DNA of 64,000 nucleotides from Bacteroidetes bacterium MED-G20 (GTDB lineage Bacteria; Bacteroidota; Bacteroidia; Flavobacteriales_D; Parvicellaceae). A program made the translations under genes and the position numbers. Shown one piece after another: positions 62,143 to 64,000 of this stretch; position 1 is the stretch's first letter; each line of letters starts with the position of its first letter. The notes under the pieces are model-generated. The model was not told where the DNA came from. It saw nothing but the letters and a program-made list of their open reading frames with translations, and made no database searches. Location of the stretch: NCBI GenBank assembly GCA_905182745.1, contig CAJJCR010000005.1, forward strand, positions 48,764-112,763. The letters are read 5' to 3'.

Positions 62143-64000
62143 ATGAATATAGTAAGAATTACGAAATATAAATTTCTTGAAAATTTTATTTTCTGCTATT
62201 TGTTTATATTTATTTTTAGCTCATGCACTATTACAAAGCATGTTCCAGAAGATAAATATTTACTTAGAAAAGTAAAAATTGATATTTTAAATAGTAACAA
62301 TTCCAATACTATTTCTAAAGAAGAACTCTACAATCTTTTGTTGCAAAAACCCAATCGAAAAGTTTTTTTAAATTATCGCTTTTACTTAAGACTTTACAAT
62401 TTATCTAATCAAGAAAGAATAGACCAAAAAATTGTTAAGAAACAACTTAAAATCGACAATGTAAATCTTAAGATTAAGAAACAGAATAGCAACTCTTTGA
62501 TTTTGGATAGTAATTATGTTCAAAAGCCATTGAAAGCACGAAAATTAGTATTTGGTGAAATACTTCAAAACGCAGGAGAGGCCCCTGTGATTTATAGCGC
62601 TTTAAAGTTAAATAGAACTAAGGAACAATTGAAAAAACATCTTTTTAATAAAGGCTATTTTAAAAGCGAAATTACAGATTCAACATCTGTTTTACCTAAT
62701 GGTCAAATAGATATTCAATATTTTATCAAATTAAGAAACCCAATGTATTTAAATTCCATTAAATACTACTGTCCAGAAATACTCATTAAAAGTTATTTAG
62801 ACTCTATTCAAAGTAATTCATTTTTGAAAAAGAGAGCGATTTTTGACACCGATAATTTAGTAAAAGAAAGAAATAGAATAAATGATTTTCTAACAAATAA
62901 AGGTTTTTACAATTTTAATAAAGAATTTATCTATTTTGATATTGACACCAATTATATTTCAAACTCTGTAAATATTACACTGGGAATTCAGAACTACAAA
63001 AAAATTAATCAAATCAATAACAGTTTTCAAGACTTAACCCATAAGCAGTTTAAGATTTCTAAGGTAAATATTCAAATAGGAGATTCAAGCAAGTTTAACA
63101 ATATTGCTAAGTTAGACAGCATTGAAAATTCTTTTTTTAAAATCGTTAATTACCAACCAATAAATTTTAAAAGCAAAGTTTTTAAAAATTCTGTTCTTTT
63201 TAAAAAAGATGATTTTTATAAAAAAAGTGTTGCCCAGCAAACTTATAGAAGCCTAATATCTCTTGGTCTATTTAAATATGTAAATATTAGTTTTGACACA
63301 TTGCCAAACAATAAACTAATAAGTAATGTCGAACTAACCCCATCTAAATCTCAAAACCTCTCATTGTCTTTTGATGGAACTAACAACGAACGTTTATTTG
63401 GTTTCCAAGGCGGGCTTGATTATTTCCACAACAATCTTTTTCATGGGGTGGAAAAACTATTAATTTCTTTAAAAAGCAGTTTTGAAATACAACTTTTACT
63501 TACAGATAGCAAAGAAACGGGTATTTCTAACAAACCTAACACTACAGAATTTGGCCCTGAATTCCATTTTTATTTACCAAAATATCTACTAATAAATAAA
63601 ATTGGAAACTTAAGCAAGCATATTAATCCTGTAACTGAATTTACTGGAGCTTTCAATATTCAGGATAGACCGGATTATTTTAGAAGAAATCAAGAACTTT
63701 CTTTCGGATGGGTTTTCCATGAAAACAAAACAACAACATGGCATATTAATCCACTTTTAATATCAATTGTAGATATTGAAATTAATAGCGACTTTCAAAC
63801 TCAGATTGAGTCCTATAATGATCAATACATTCTTTCTAGTTTTCAAGACCATGTTGTTGCCGGAGGAGTATTTTCCTTTGAATACAACGGTCAAAACTTA
63901 AGTTATAATTCAAATTCTCTTTATTTTAAAACTACATTTGAATCTGCTGGAGGGACCTTGTTTAACTTTCATGAGTTAATTAATAAGCCTAAAAATTCCA
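62143..64000 (+). CDS. large BamA/TamA-like outer-membrane assembly-family protein, N-terminal 619 codons (runs off the right edge)
   Basis: I translated it by hand from ATG 62143 and it stays open to the window end. Lipoprotein-like start ..FIFSSCTITKHVPEDKYLLRKVKIDIL.., POTRA-like repeats (..LKKHLFNKGYFKSEITDS.., ..INDFLTNKGFYNFNKEFIYFDID..). Absent from the ORF track for lack of a stop. Confidence 0.55.
   Translation, partial: MNIVRITKYKFLENFIFCYLFIFIFSSCTITKHVPEDKYLLRKVKIDILNSNNSNTISKEELYNLLLQKPNRKVFLNYRFYLRLYNLSNQERIDQKIVKKQLKIDNVNLKIKKQNSNSLILDSNYVQKPLKARKLVFGEILQNAGEAPVIYSALKLNRTKEQLKKHLFNKGYFKSEITDSTSVLPNGQIDIQYFIKLRNPMYLNSIKYYCPEILIKSYLDSIQSNSFLKKRAIFDTDNLVKERNRINDFLTNKGFYNFNKEFIYFDIDTNYISNSVNITLGIQNYKKINQINNSFQDLTHKQFKISKVNIQIGDSSKFNNIAKLDSIENSFFKIVNYQPINFKSKVFKNSVLFKKDDFYKKSVAQQTYRSLISLGLFKYVNISFDTLPNNKLISNVELTPSKSQNLSLSFDGTNNERLFGFQGGLDYFHNNLFHGVEKLLISLKSSFEIQLLLTDSKETGISNKPNTTEFGPEFHFYLPKYLLINKIGNLSKHINPVTEFTGAFNIQDRPDYFRRNQELSFGWVFHENKTTTWHINPLLISIVDIEINSDFQTQIESYNDQYILSSFQDHVVAGGVFSFEYNGQNLSYNSNSLYFKTTFESAGGTLFNFHELINKPKNS

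Noticed and set aside
1-64000. Stop-codon reassignment as an explanation for the interrupted genes.
   Set aside because: TAA, TAG and TGA all terminate well-conserved full-length genes at the expected positions (for example def/TGA, the upstream dnaX fragment logic, trxB/TAA, ubiE/TAG). Nearly all interruptions are frame changes, not in-frame stops.
1-64000. CRISPR arrays, tRNA or rRNA genes, transposases, integrases, prophage or defence islands.
   Set aside because: I found no regularly spaced direct repeats, no GC-rich cloverleaf-like segments, and no ORF with recombinase, transposase or phage hallmark motifs. This was a scan by eye only, so small RNAs could have been missed.

Overview
AT-rich (roughly 30% GC by eye) chromosomal segment with the hallmarks of a Bacteroidota/Flavobacteriia genome. 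These are T9SS C-terminal sorting domains and a PorT gene, three TonB-dependent receptors with CarboxypepD_reg-type N-termini (one paired with a DUF4249 lipoprotein), TAnnTTTG-type -7 promoter boxes, and lipoprotein/OMP-rich content. I count about 63 protein genes, mostly housekeeping: rpsF-rpsR-rplI, dnaX, def, lpdA, trxB, gcvT, hemB, menC/menE/ubiE, folE. There are also peptidases (M1, M14, M42, M61, proline iminopeptidase) and a small polysaccharide cluster (CapD-like dehydratase plus two GT4 glycosyltransferases). I recognised no rRNA, tRNA, CRISPR array, transposase or integrase. One clear cis-regulatory RNA is present: a TPP riboswitch in front of a TonB-dependent receptor. The dominant oddity is that about 25 genes, including essential ones, have interrupted reading frames. 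The breaks are unevenly distributed, and those I could resolve sit at short A/T homopolymers, so sequencing or assembly error is the leading explanation. I therefore report merged gene models: 'CDS' for 1-2 interruptions and 'pseudogene' for 3 or more. The most system-like candidates are: (i) a tightly packed 7-gene operon joining GTP cyclohydrolase I, a PTPS/QueD-type enzyme, an SRPBCC protein, an atypical SDR, a photolyase and two paralogous membrane proteins; (ii) a TetR-controlled LolA-like/FtsX-FtsX/ABC ATPase/OM-barrel exporter with a perfect operator palindrome; (iii) an SGNH hydrolase whose GDS nucleophile block sits at the C-terminus; (iv) an E. coli-style A_AAA_AAG slippery run in dnaX with an immediate -1 frame stop. 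None can be proven novel from sequence alone, and all functional calls rest on motif recognition by eye, not database searches.
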